64,000 bases of DNA from Clostridia bacterium (GTDB lineage: Bacteria; Bacillota; Clostridia; Oscillospirales; CAG-272). Below the pieces are notes generated by a model, which ran no database searches, was not told where the DNA came from, and saw only the letters and a program-made list of their open reading frames with translations. Position 1 is the first letter of the stretch. Every line of letters starts with the position of its first letter. Below are positions 56,799 to 64,000 of this stretch, piece after piece. The position numbers and the translations under genes were made by a program. The DNA is taken from the NCBI GenBank assembly GCA_017547655.1, contig JAFYPF010000022.1, forward strand, positions 21,920-85,919, written 5' to 3'.

Positions 56799-58072
56799 TA
56801 AAACTTACCTCCCGTAATTTTTGTCAGTATTTCCGCATCTGTGTAATATCTTGCGCTTGTGTATGTGCGAAGCTTGTTCGATGAAGTGATAACGGGCATC
56901 TTCTTGCAAAGGGGATTGTTCATATACATAAGAGGACAGATGTATGAGGTTATAACTCCAGTTGCTTTAAGTCTTTTTGAATATTTGGTTTTTTCGAACG
57001 CTTCAAGTACACCCGGAGCTGCGGTGAATACAGTGTTTAATGTTACTTTTTTTCTGCCGTTCTTTTTTAATGCTGCTTCAATCTTTTCTGTCCAGTCTTT
57101 AAGTTGTTCGAGTGAGAGATGAGGACAGCCTACAAAACAAAGTTTAGGTTCTGCTTTTGGGTTTTTCCATATAACAGGATAGTTGTTCTTAACTCTTTCA
57201 AGCTCGGCATCGTCAATAATATATTCTTTTGCACCCTCTGCGATAAGTGTTTCGCCGAGTTCTACGGCTTCAGGTGTGAGGTTTGCAATGTGATAAAGAC
57301 CTACGGCGCCGTTTGAAGCAGTTGCCGCACCAAAGTCTTTTAGATATGCGCAGGCTGAATCATTAAGCTCGTTGCCAATCCATTTGTCAAGTCCCATAAC
57401 AAACGGAACGTCTTCCATAACCTTCATACCGATGGCAGAGCCGAGAAGTTGTGCTTCGGGCTTCTTTGTTGTTTGAATCTTGACTATCCAAGTTGCTTTT
57501 CTTCCTTCATCGGTCAGTAATCCAAAATAGGGAACGTATCCAACGATAGAACCCATTATATCAATAATTCCGGAGTTTCTGTTACATCTTGCGCCAAGAA
57601 CAGAGTTTGCATATACAACTGCACTTGATTCTGCCCAAGAAAGTACGTCGCCTTTTTGCGGTTTATTACCTACTTCGTCCATATAACAAGTGCATGAAAA
57701 TGCGTTTTTATCCATAAGACCGAGTTTTTCAAGCTGTTCTTCGTAAAAACCTTGTTTTGTATACATGAACTTGTTGAATACGAGGTTTTGCAAAAAGTTT
57801 GCAGGTACATTCTTGTCAATAGGACGAGGGTCTACCGAAAACTTTTGGTCCGAGCAAACATCCGCATCAAGAAGCTGTTGCATAAGATCATATACGGGTG
57901 ACATTACCTTAAGACCGAATGACGTTACGAGGTGGTTGTATTTAGAGGTGATGGGGACAAGCTTTTCTGCTTCAAAAGCGTCGCCGTACATCACGAGCGT
58001 TTTCATAACCTTTGCAAGAGTTTCCCCTTGCTCTCCATCAAGAATCGCTTGTTGTTCTTTTGTAAGAATCAT
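56798..58072 (-). CDS. Aconitase X catalytic subunit (DUF521)
   Basis: 424 aa with N-terminal LTKEQQAILDGEQGETLAKVMKTLVMYGDAF, typical of DUF521, and several conserved Cys residues. Confidence 0.82.
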   Translation of the reverse strand: MILTKEQQAILDGEQGETLAKVMKTLVMYGDAFEAEKLVPITSKYNHLVTSFGLKVMSPVYDLMQQLLDADVCSDQKFSVDPRPIDKNVPANFLQNLVFNKFMYTKQGFYEEQLEKLGLMDKNAFSCTCYMDEVGNKPQKGDVLSWAESSAVVYANSVLGARCNRNSGIIDIMGSIVGYVPYFGLLTDEGRKATWIVKIQTTKKPEAQLLGSAIGMKVMEDVPFVMGLDKWIGNELNDSACAYLKDFGAATASNGAVGLYHIANLTPEAVELGETLIAEGAKEYIIDDAELERVKNNYPVIWKNPKAEPKLCFVGCPHLSLEQLKDWTEKIEAALKKNGRKKVTLNTVFTAAPGVLEAFEKTKYSKRLKATGVITSYICPLMYMNNPLCKKMPVITSSNKLRTYTSARYYTDAEILTKITGGKF

Positions 58073-58093
58073 TTTTATCTCCTTATTTGTTTG

Positions 58094-60163
58094 TTAAAGT
58101 TTAGTTGCTACATCCCATGCGCCCCAAATAACAGTACGAAGGTTGCCTACCTTTGAAGCATCGCCTATTACGTGAATATGTTTACCTTTAGAGGCTATAG
58201 GAGCAGAATTGTATCCTACCGAGAGAATAACGGAATCTGTATCTACGGTGAAGGTCTTCCCGTCTTTATCTTTCAAAACTACGTTATCCTTGCCAATCTC
58301 GGAAAGTGCAGTTTCAAGATATACCGGTACTTTGTTTGTCTTGAAAAAGTCTCTTAAATAACTTGTATTTGCAAGGCATATACCCTTTGTGGTTATAAGG
58401 TCATCCTGCATTTCTACAATAACGGGTTTTTTGCCGTTCAAATAGAGGTCGTATGCAATTTCACAACCGGTAAGACCACCGCCGATAACAACAACGTTAT
58501 CTCCCACGGTTTTATTTCCGAGCAGATAATCAACCGCTTCAATTGCAGTTTCTGCGCCTTTTACGGGAATTCGCTTTGCAACAGCACCCGTTGCTACTAT
58601 TATTTCATCTGCATCAAGTGAGTTTACATCGGTTATTTCTGTGTTAAGTTTTAATGTGATGGGGTGCTTTTTAAGCTCACGGATATACCAAGCAATAAGA
58701 GCTCTGTCTTTTTCTTTAAATGAGGGGGCAGCTGCCGCAACAAATACACCGCCTAGTTTATCTGTTTTTTCGTAAAGTGTTACGTCATGTCCGCGTTTTG
58801 CACAGACAATAGCCGCTTCCATACCGCCTATACCGCCACCGATAATTGCAATCTTTTTCTGTTTCTTTGCGGGGGCAATTTTATATTTTTTAGATTGCAT
58901 TGTTTCGGGATTGAGAGCGCAACGTGCAAGTCCCATTGTATCTGTCAGGTCTTGCGTGTTAGCATGTCCCTTCGAAGAAGAGAAATTAAAGCAACCGCTA
59001 TGACAACAAATACAAGGTTTAATATCTTCAATTCTATCTTCGATAAGCTTTGTTATCCATTCGGGATCTACAAGGAATTGACGAGCAATACCTACCGCAT
59101 CAATTCTGCCTTCCGCAACAGCTTTTGCGCCTACTTCAGCGTCCATTCTTCCTGCGCATACTACGGGAATGTCAACAAATTTCTTTATATGAGCTACGTC
59201 GTCGAGGTTACAGTTTTCGGGCATATACATAGGCGGATGAGCCCAGTACCAAGAGTCATAAGTTCCGTTGTCAGCGTTCAGCATATCATATCCGGCATCC
59301 TGGAGATATTTTGCAGCCTTTTCCGATTCTTCCATATTACGTCCGACTTCGACATAGTCTTCCCCGGGCATTGCGCCCTCGCAAAAGCCCTTAAGCTTGG
59401 ACTCTACCGAGTAACGGAGTGATACGGGATAGTCGTTTCCGCACGCTTCTTTGATTGCTTTTACAACCTCTGCGGCAAAACGGTAACGGTTCTCAAAACT
59501 TCCGCCGTATTCGTCCGTACGCTTGTTAAAGAATTCAATTGCAAACTGGTCAAGAAGATAACCCTCGTGAACGGCGTGAACTTCTACGCCGTCAACACCT
59601 GCTTCCTTACATAATTTTGCTGTTTTTGCAAATGCTTCTATAATCTCGTGGATTTGTTCGACTGTCATTTCGGGACATTCAATATCGTGCGCCCAACGTG
59701 ACGGTTGAGGAGACGGAGAAGCGAGTTCGTGAGAGGTGTCAAGAATGGGCTTAAGAATAGCGCGGGTGAATTTGTTTTTATGTAGAGGTGCAACAAGCTC
59801 GGTTATTGCCCATGAACGTCCCATACCTGCTGTTAATTGGATAAATAATTTTGCGCCTGTTTTATGAATCTCGTCCATAAATTTCTTGAGATCATCAAAC
59901 ATCTTTTCGTTTTGCCAGAGCCATTTACCCCAAAAGGTATCGCGTAATGGGGCAATTCCGGGGATAATAAGACCTACATTGTTGTTCGCTCTTTCTAGGA
60001 AAAGCTTTGCCGCCTCTTTATCAAAGTGACAACCTGTAAGCTCAAACCAGCCGAAGAGGGATGTGCCGCCCATAGGACACATTACGATTCGGTTTTTGAT
60101 TTCTACATTGCCAATTTTCCATGGCGTAAATAATGCCTCATATTTTTCATCCGTTTTATTCAT
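58094..60163 (-). CDS. OYE-family FMN oxidoreductase fused to Fe-S and FAD/NAD(P) domains (2-enoate reductase / 2,4-dienoyl-CoA reductase family)
   Basis: 689 aa with an N-terminal OYE barrel ([27 protein letters not shown]), a Cys cluster (CICCHSGC...ARC), and then [12 protein letters not shown] and [10 protein letters not shown] dinucleotide folds. Confidence 0.88.
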   Translation of the reverse strand: MNKTDEKYEALFTPWKIGNVEIKNRIVMCPMGGTSLFGWFELTGCHFDKEAAKLFLERANNNVGLIIPGIAPLRDTFWGKWLWQNEKMFDDLKKFMDEIHKTGAKLFIQLTAGMGRSWAITELVAPLHKNKFTRAILKPILDTSHELASPSPQPSRWAHDIECPEMTVEQIHEIIEAFAKTAKLCKEAGVDGVEVHAVHEGYLLDQFAIEFFNKRTDEYGGSFENRYRFAAEVVKAIKEACGNDYPVSLRYSVESKLKGFCEGAMPGEDYVEVGRNMEESEKAAKYLQDAGYDMLNADNGTYDSWYWAHPPMYMPENCNLDDVAHIKKFVDIPVVCAGRMDAEVGAKAVAEGRIDAVGIARQFLVDPEWITKLIEDRIEDIKPCICCHSGCFNFSSSKGHANTQDLTDTMGLARCALNPETMQSKKYKIAPAKKQKKIAIIGGGIGGMEAAIVCAKRGHDVTLYEKTDKLGGVFVAAAAPSFKEKDRALIAWYIRELKKHPITLKLNTEITDVNSLDADEIIVATGAVAKRIPVKGAETAIEAVDYLLGNKTVGDNVVVIGGGLTGCEIAYDLYLNGKKPVIVEMQDDLITTKGICLANTSYLRDFFKTNKVPVYLETALSEIGKDNVVLKDKDGKTFTVDTDSVILSVGYNSAPIASKGKHIHVIGDASKVGNLRTVIWGAWDVATKL

Positions 60164-60208
60164 AAAAAACAGTTCCTTTCAAAGAGAGTATTTTTATTTC
60201 ATATTTTT

Positions 60209-60237
60209 ATTATATCATACATGGCGTTGTTTTTCAA
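60209..60237 (-). promoter_or_regulatory. Promoter of the ene-reductase/AcnX operon (TTGAAA-17-TATAAT, with TGa extended -10)
   Basis: The minus strand reads TTGAAA (60237-60232), a 17-nt spacer ending in TGA, then TATAAT (60214-60209). Confidence 0.65.
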
Positions 60238-60434
60238 TGGGAAATAAGTTTTTTGTAATTGTATTGGATTTTCAATTTTATAGAAGCCTCCGGGGAGTCG
60301 CTTATGCTTTTTGAAAAGGCATAAGTGCAAACGTGGAAGTGAATGCTTTGCAAAAAGCTTCGGTCACCGCTCAAAAGCGCTCCACCGGAGCGTTTTTATC
60401 GCTGCGTTCGACTCTCCCTCGTAAATACAACGCA

Positions 60435-60470
60435 AAAAGAAAAAAAGCACCATATAAGTGCTTTTTTTCT
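60435..60470. terminator. Bidirectional terminator downstream of the GNAT gene
   Basis: The stem is AAGCAC/GTGCTT with the loop CATATAA, flanked by long A and T runs. Confidence 0.7.
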
Positions 60471-60566
60471 TTTGCGAAAGAGCGACAAAACGGAGCATAA
60501 GTGGGGGTAAGAACCACCAAAAGTATTGTAGCTGCACTGTTCGATAAATTGGAATTTGCTTGTGTG

Positions 60567-60968
60567 TCACAATGCTTTCATAAGTAAGTATTTTTGATTT
60601 CCGCTTGGAATATCAGGAAGAATGCCTATTACGTCATATCCGAACTTTTTGTAAAAATCGGGAGCTTGCCAACTCATTGTATCAAGATGAACATGGTGAC
60701 AACCTCTGCTGATGGCTTCCTTCTCGGCTTCGCGCAAGAGTTTTGAACCAATCCCCTTATGGCGGTAGTTTTCGTGCACCCAAAGAATATCTACATACAT
60801 CCAACCCCAATACGTACCGCCGAGAATTCCGCCAATAATATTGCCATTGGTATCGTATTCTGCGATGTTTAGAGGTGTATGACCATCCTCGCCGACTCTC
60901 TCATTGTTGAATTGATAGAGTGCTTCTCGTATATATTTGATTTCATTTTCGGTAGGAGAGATATTCAT
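60567..60968 (-). CDS. GNAT family N-acetyltransferase
   Basis: 133 aa with the acetyl-CoA binding motif VHENYRHKGIGSKLL. Confidence 0.88.
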   Translation of the reverse strand: MNISPTENEIKYIREALYQFNNERVGEDGHTPLNIAEYDTNGNIIGGILGGTYWGWMYVDILWVHENYRHKGIGSKLLREAEKEAISRGCHHVHLDTMSWQAPDFYKKFGYDVIGILPDIPSGNQKYLLMKAL

Positions 60969-61006
60969 ACAATCACCTCGTCAAATTATCATTTATCGAT
61001 GAGCTT

Positions 61007-61035
61007 ATTATATCATAAAATCTTATCTTTTTCAA
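61007..61035 (-). promoter_or_regulatory. GNAT gene promoter (TTGAAA-17-TATAAT with TGa extended -10)
   Basis: The minus strand reads TTGAAA (61035-61030), a 17-nt spacer, then TATAAT (61012-61007). Confidence 0.6.
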
Positions 61036-61200
61036 TGATATATCGCTGTCGCGATATGATATACGGCATTGCCGTATGATATACTTGCCTACGGCAAGCA
61101 TGATATAATATCCGTTCCTTCATACGCGAAGCGTATATCATCTGCGGAGCAGATATCATAGCGTCAGCTATATCACCCGTTCCGTTAGGAACGGATATCA
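61036..61200. repeat. Array of seven short perfect hairpins punctuated by TGATAT / ATATCA motifs
   Basis: The stems are 61040-46/51-57 (ATATCGC), 61061-67/71-77 (ATACGGC), 61084-89/93-98 (CTTGCC), 61122-27/31-36 (ATACGC), 61140-45/49-54 (ATCTGC), 61158-62/67-71 (ATAGC) and 61177-83/88-94 (CCGTTCC). TGATAT occurs at 61036, 61057, 61077 and 61101. ATATCA occurs at 61135, 61153, 61170 and 61195. Confidence 0.85.
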
Positions 61201-61202
61201 TT

Positions 61203-61245
61203 GAAAAAAGTCACCTTTGTCAGTAGACAAAAGTGACTTTTTTCG
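61203..61245 (-). terminator. Strong terminator immediately after ssrA
   Basis: A 16-bp stem (AAAAGTCACCTTTGTC/GACAAAAGTGACTTTT) has T-runs in both directions. It starts 5 nt past the tmRNA CCA. Confidence 0.85.
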
Positions 61246-61596
61246 TGGTGGAGTCGAGGGGAGTCGAACCCCTGTCCGAAAATCTATTCACAAATCTTTC
61301 TCCGGGTGCATTTTGTCTATTGAGTTTCCGCACATCAACGCCGACAAACAGGCTTCAATATGCGTATCGCTTTAGTTCATGACTGCTATAAACGATAATT
61401 TACAGTTCGCGTTCACCGCTAATTTGACACCTCAACCGAGGTCGCGGTATTCCTCGGGGAGATGCGCTGCAACTTAGGCAGCGAGTGCTACGTTTTCGTT
61501 AGCGTTTAATTTTAAAAAGTACAGTTGTTTAAAGAGGTACTGCATCTCTACCCGCTTAACATGCTTCAAAATCCCCGTCGAAACCTTTACGACCCC
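61246..61596 (-). ncRNA. ssrA: tmRNA (ssrA), tag reading frame ANENVALAA-stop
   Basis: The minus strand begins GGGGTCGTAAAGGTTTCGACGGGG and ends GGGGTTCGACTCCCCTCGACTCCACCA. An internal frame reads GCT AAC GAA AAC GTA GCA CTC GCT GCC TAA. smpB is nearby. Confidence 0.92.
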
Positions 61597-61788
61597 ATAT
61601 GGCGACACCTAATGATGTCGCAGTATAGTTGTTACATTATATAGTATTTTTTTAATACTAAAACTTATACAACCACATGGGCAATATCGGTCTTGCCGAT
61701 ATTGCAGTCATATGTTTTTCTTGCGCAAAATGTTTGAAGTATCAATTGAATAAATTTATATTTTTATTATGCTTATAAAATATAATGT

Positions 61789-62652
61789 TTATGCTTTAGG
61801 CAACTCACGTTCTTCCTCAAGCCAAATATATGATGTTTCCATCCACTCTCCCAACCGCTGATTCAATAAACAGGTCGATTTGTTTCCTGTTGCCTGACCG
61901 TGTCTTCCGTGCTCATATATATGCATCTCAAAGGGAACCTTATGCTTGTGAAGCGCTTTTCCAAATATAAGCGAACTGTCAACAGGAACTGTCACATCCT
62001 CAAAGGTGTGCCAAATAAAAGTCGGTGGTGTGTTTTCACTAACGTGATTTTCAAGGCATTGCATCTGCAACGCTTCTGTATCTTCATATCTTTCGCCCTC
62101 GCCGAGCAAGTTCTTATACGTAGTTTTTACACCGTACAAGCATCTCTCAACATTATACGAAATAACCGGATATGCAAGTATTAGTGAATTGAATTTCAGC
62201 ATTTCACTCTGTGTTCCGAGAATATCTGCAAGAAACGGTTTATCCCAAAAAACGCCGAGACTTGCAGCCAAATGGCCGCCTGCCGAAAAACCGCACACAT
62301 ATATTTTATCTGTATCGACTTTCCACTCTTCTGCATTTTCTTTGATCGTAAGGAGAGCCTTTCCCGCTTCTGCCAACTGAACGGGGAAATGCGCGGGAGC
62401 GCATGTATATCTTAAAATACAGCAGTTATATCCTTTTGCCAAATAAAAAAAAGCAATAGGATCGCATTCTCTTTCTGATGTATAAGCGTACCCGCCTCCG
62501 GGACAGATAAGCATTGTTGGTCTTTTGGGCATAAATTTTGAAAGTTCCTCTGTCTCGTTTTGAATATATACTTGCAATTTGGGTTTATATTCAGTCTTTT
62601 CATATTCTAATTTCGAGTAATCAATATTGATATCAAGTTCCCTATAAATCAT
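61789..62652 (-). CDS. Alpha/beta hydrolase (esterase/lipase, fold-3 type)
   Basis: 287 aa with an oxyanion region (CPGGGY), the nucleophile elbow GFSAGGH and a C-terminal HGQ. Confidence 0.85.
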   Translation of the reverse strand: MIYRELDINIDYSKLEYEKTEYKPKLQVYIQNETEELSKFMPKRPTMLICPGGGYAYTSERECDPIAFFYLAKGYNCCILRYTCAPAHFPVQLAEAGKALLTIKENAEEWKVDTDKIYVCGFSAGGHLAASLGVFWDKPFLADILGTQSEMLKFNSLILAYPVISYNVERCLYGVKTTYKNLLGEGERYEDTEALQMQCLENHVSENTPPTFIWHTFEDVTVPVDSSLIFGKALHKHKVPFEMHIYEHGRHGQATGNKSTCLLNQRLGEWMETSYIWLEEERELPKA

Positions 62653-62661
62653 ATTTTAAAC

Positions 62662-63132
62662 CTATCCTTTATTTCTTTCTCGCATAACGCGGTCAATAGT
62701 CCTCTCTGCTTGTTTCTTCGCTTCGGTTTCTCGCTTGTCGTAAAGCTTCTTACCCTTGCAAAGACCTATTTCCATCTTTACTTTTGAACCCGAAAAATAA
62801 ACAGACAATGGGACTATCGTATAACCCTCTTTTCCTTTTAGTGAAAAAAGTTTAATTATCTCTTTCTTGTGCATCAAAAGCTTCTTGTCTCGAAGTGGCT
62901 CGCGATTAAAAATATTGCCTTTTTCGTAAGGGCTTATATGAACACCTGTCGCAAAAATCTCACCCCTGTCAATAACGCAGTATGAATCTTTCAAATTAAC
63001 TGCGCCTTGTCTTATAGACTTTACTTCCGTACCAAAAAGTTGAACTCCTGCTTCGTAGGTATCTTCAACGAAAAAGTCATGGTAGGCTTTCTTGTTCTTC
63101 GCCACTATCTTTATATTCTTATTTTTGTCCAT
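62662..63132 (-). CDS. smpB: SsrA-binding protein SmpB
   Basis: It has KKAYHDFF, GTEVKSIR and a basic C-terminal tail. The ATG at 63132 follows AAGGAG; the ORF opens at 63147. Confidence 0.95.
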   Translation of the reverse strand: MDKNKNIKIVAKNKKAYHDFFVEDTYEAGVQLFGTEVKSIRQGAVNLKDSYCVIDRGEIFATGVHISPYEKGNIFNREPLRDKKLLMHKKEIIKLFSLKGKEGYTIVPLSVYFSGSKVKMEIGLCKGKKLYDKRETEAKKQAERTIDRVMRERNKG

Positions 63133-63233
63133 AACTTCTCCTTTCAAAATACTCTAATCCTTTGCAGGCTTTATTATATCATAGTTGGTGTTGTATTGCA
63201 AGAGAATTTTGTTGTTAATTCTGTAAACTAAAC

Positions 63234-63262
63234 GAAAAACCCGTCGTCTTGACGGGTTTTAG
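63234..63262 (-). terminator. Terminator after the cohesin/dockerin-like gene
   Basis: The stem is AAAACCCGTC/GACGGGTTTT, with a T-run on the minus strand. Confidence 0.75.
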
Positions 63263-63275
63263 TTATGTACCTTAA

Positions 63276-64000
63276 TTACTTGGTAAGCTGTGTTGTGTTA
63301 CCAACAATGTATTCAATAGCTTGTTTTACGTCGTTAGTTGTTCCTAAATCTCCTGCAGCATTTTCGAGTTTATCAGATTCTGTAACTTTGTTAATCATAA
63401 CTGCATCGAATACTGATACAAAACCGTCTTTGTCAAGGTCGCCCTTTACAACAAGTTGTGCTTCCTTACCGCCAACTGTAATTGTGCTACCTGTCTTGTA
63501 CTGAATTTTTTCGCCGTTAATTGTATCAGAGCCAACTGTGGAGGAGTTTGCCGCAGGTGGATTAGCAATTACAATCATAGAACCTACGTTTGCATCAGCT
63601 GCAAGTTCAAGTCCCTTATTGAGAATTGCCAATGCAAGTGCTTCCATATCGCCCGCGTAAACTGAATTAGCATCAACCAAGTTAGCAATTACATTTCCTA
63701 CCAAGCATTCAATATCGTTGCCGTTAAACAAAACGGCGGGGTTCACTGTGCTTTCGGTAGAGAAGGTTACTGTAAAGAGTTCGCCGAGAGTTTCGTATCC
63801 TGTTTTTGAATCGAAGCTGTCTTTTATACAAACAAACTTAACTCTGCCGTTATCAGTATTGTAAGCTGTTTCCGAAATCTTTTCCAACTCATTAGCGGCA
63901 ACAACGCTTTCAACCTTAACCGAGTCAGGGTAATTCAATGTAATTTCAAGTCCTGCAATCAAGTTTGGCTTTACGTTTTCGGGATTAGCAACCTTTGCAG
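63276..64000 (-). CDS. Secreted-type protein fragment with a cohesin-like domain and a C-terminal dockerin-like segment (5' end beyond the window)
   Basis: The frame is open to the window edge. It has a beta-rich segment (GLEITLNYPDSVKVESV...GRVKFVCIKD...FTVTFSTE) and a C-terminal EF-hand-like segment, GDLDKDGFVSVFDAVMINK. Confidence 0.5.
   Translation of the reverse strand, partial: AKVANPENVKPNLIAGLEITLNYPDSVKVESVVAANELEKISETAYNTDNGRVKFVCIKDSFDSKTGYETLGELFTVTFSTESTVNPAVLFNGNDIECLVGNVIANLVDANSVYAGDMEALALAILNKGLELAADANVGSMIVIANPPAANSSTVGSDTINGEKIQYKTGSTITVGGKEAQLVVKGDLDKDGFVSVFDAVMINKVTESDKLENAAGDLGTTNDVKQAIEYIVGNTTQLTK

Noticed and set aside
60405-60420. GTTCGACTCTCCCTCG as a duplicated ssrA 3' end (att site) marking a genomic island from 60.3 to 61.2 kb.
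   Set aside because: The match to the tmRNA end covers only ~15 nt with an indel, is in inverted rather than direct orientation, and no integrase is present. This is insufficient to call an island boundary. It is mentioned only as an observation in the corresponding finding.
61036-61200. CRISPR array or TIGR-like guide array as the identity of the hairpin array.
   Set aside because: The conserved punctuation is only 6-7 nt. There is no constant repeat of 20 nt or more, and the variable parts are self-complementary rather than spacer-like. No cas, Nop-domain or nuclease genes are adjacent. It is kept as an unexplained structure, not called as a guide array.
61013-61201. A 62-aa ORF (MISVPNGTGDIADAMISAPQMIY...) spanning the hairpin array.
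   Set aside because: Its periodic MI/II residues simply mirror the repeated GATAT motif. It has no RBS and overlaps the GNAT promoter. The region is better explained as a structured non-coding repeat.

Overview
This is a densely coding 64-kb chromosomal segment from a Clostridia-class Firmicute. The class call rests on the CtsR-McsA-McsB-ClpC operon, a split MetH, Gram-positive promoter and terminator style, and a cohesin/dockerin-like protein at the 3' edge. The exact taxon cannot be determined from the sequence alone. I support about 64 CDS, one tRNA-Leu(TAG) and the tmRNA. I see no rRNA, CRISPR array, transposase or integrase.

Layout:
- (1) 1-12.7 kb: dcw division/cell-wall cluster, mraZ-rsmH-ftsL-PBP-murE-murF-mraY-ftsW-murG-ftsQ-ftsZ.
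- (2) 12.8-17.6 kb: a cell-wall-binding gene pair, a NusG-II/Gx/ApbE module and a YtvI-like permease.
- (3) 17.6-21.6 kb: metF, a separate MetH activation-domain gene, and metH.
- (4) 21.6-37.7 kb: housekeeping genes, namely an MBL hydrolase, an EamA transporter, tRNA-Leu, ctsR-mcsA-mcsB-clpC, pgsA, rimO, recX, recA, DUF1385-prmC, a PrsA-like lipoprotein, rsgA, a flavin reductase and ddl.
- (5) 37.7-40.4 kb: a small AT-rich accessory islet with a Cys-rich protein, phd-doc, an internally duplicated DUF4352 lipoprotein and an XRE regulator. Part of it is bracketed by a duplicated terminator-like direct repeat.
- (6) 40.4-60.2 kb: a fermentation block. It holds citrate/citramalate-lyase genes (citXG, an orphan P-loop gene, citC; citD-E-F) directly abutting the complete methylaspartate route (glmS-glmL-glmE-mal). 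These are followed by an LDH/MDH-family dehydrogenase, an Fe-ADH, nfnAB, and a minus-strand operon pairing an OYE/Fe-S/FAD ene-reductase with a two-subunit aconitase-X dehydratase.
- (7) 60.2-64 kb: a GNAT gene, an unusual array of seven short hairpins, ssrA (tmRNA), an esterase, smpB and a cohesin/dockerin-like CDS.

The most interesting candidates are the AcnX + ene-reductase operon beside a methylaspartate pathway with no recognisable mesaconase, the uncharacterised P-loop gene inside the lyase-activation operon, and the hairpin array next to ssrA. All functional calls come from reading the translations and motifs by eye. No database search was run.
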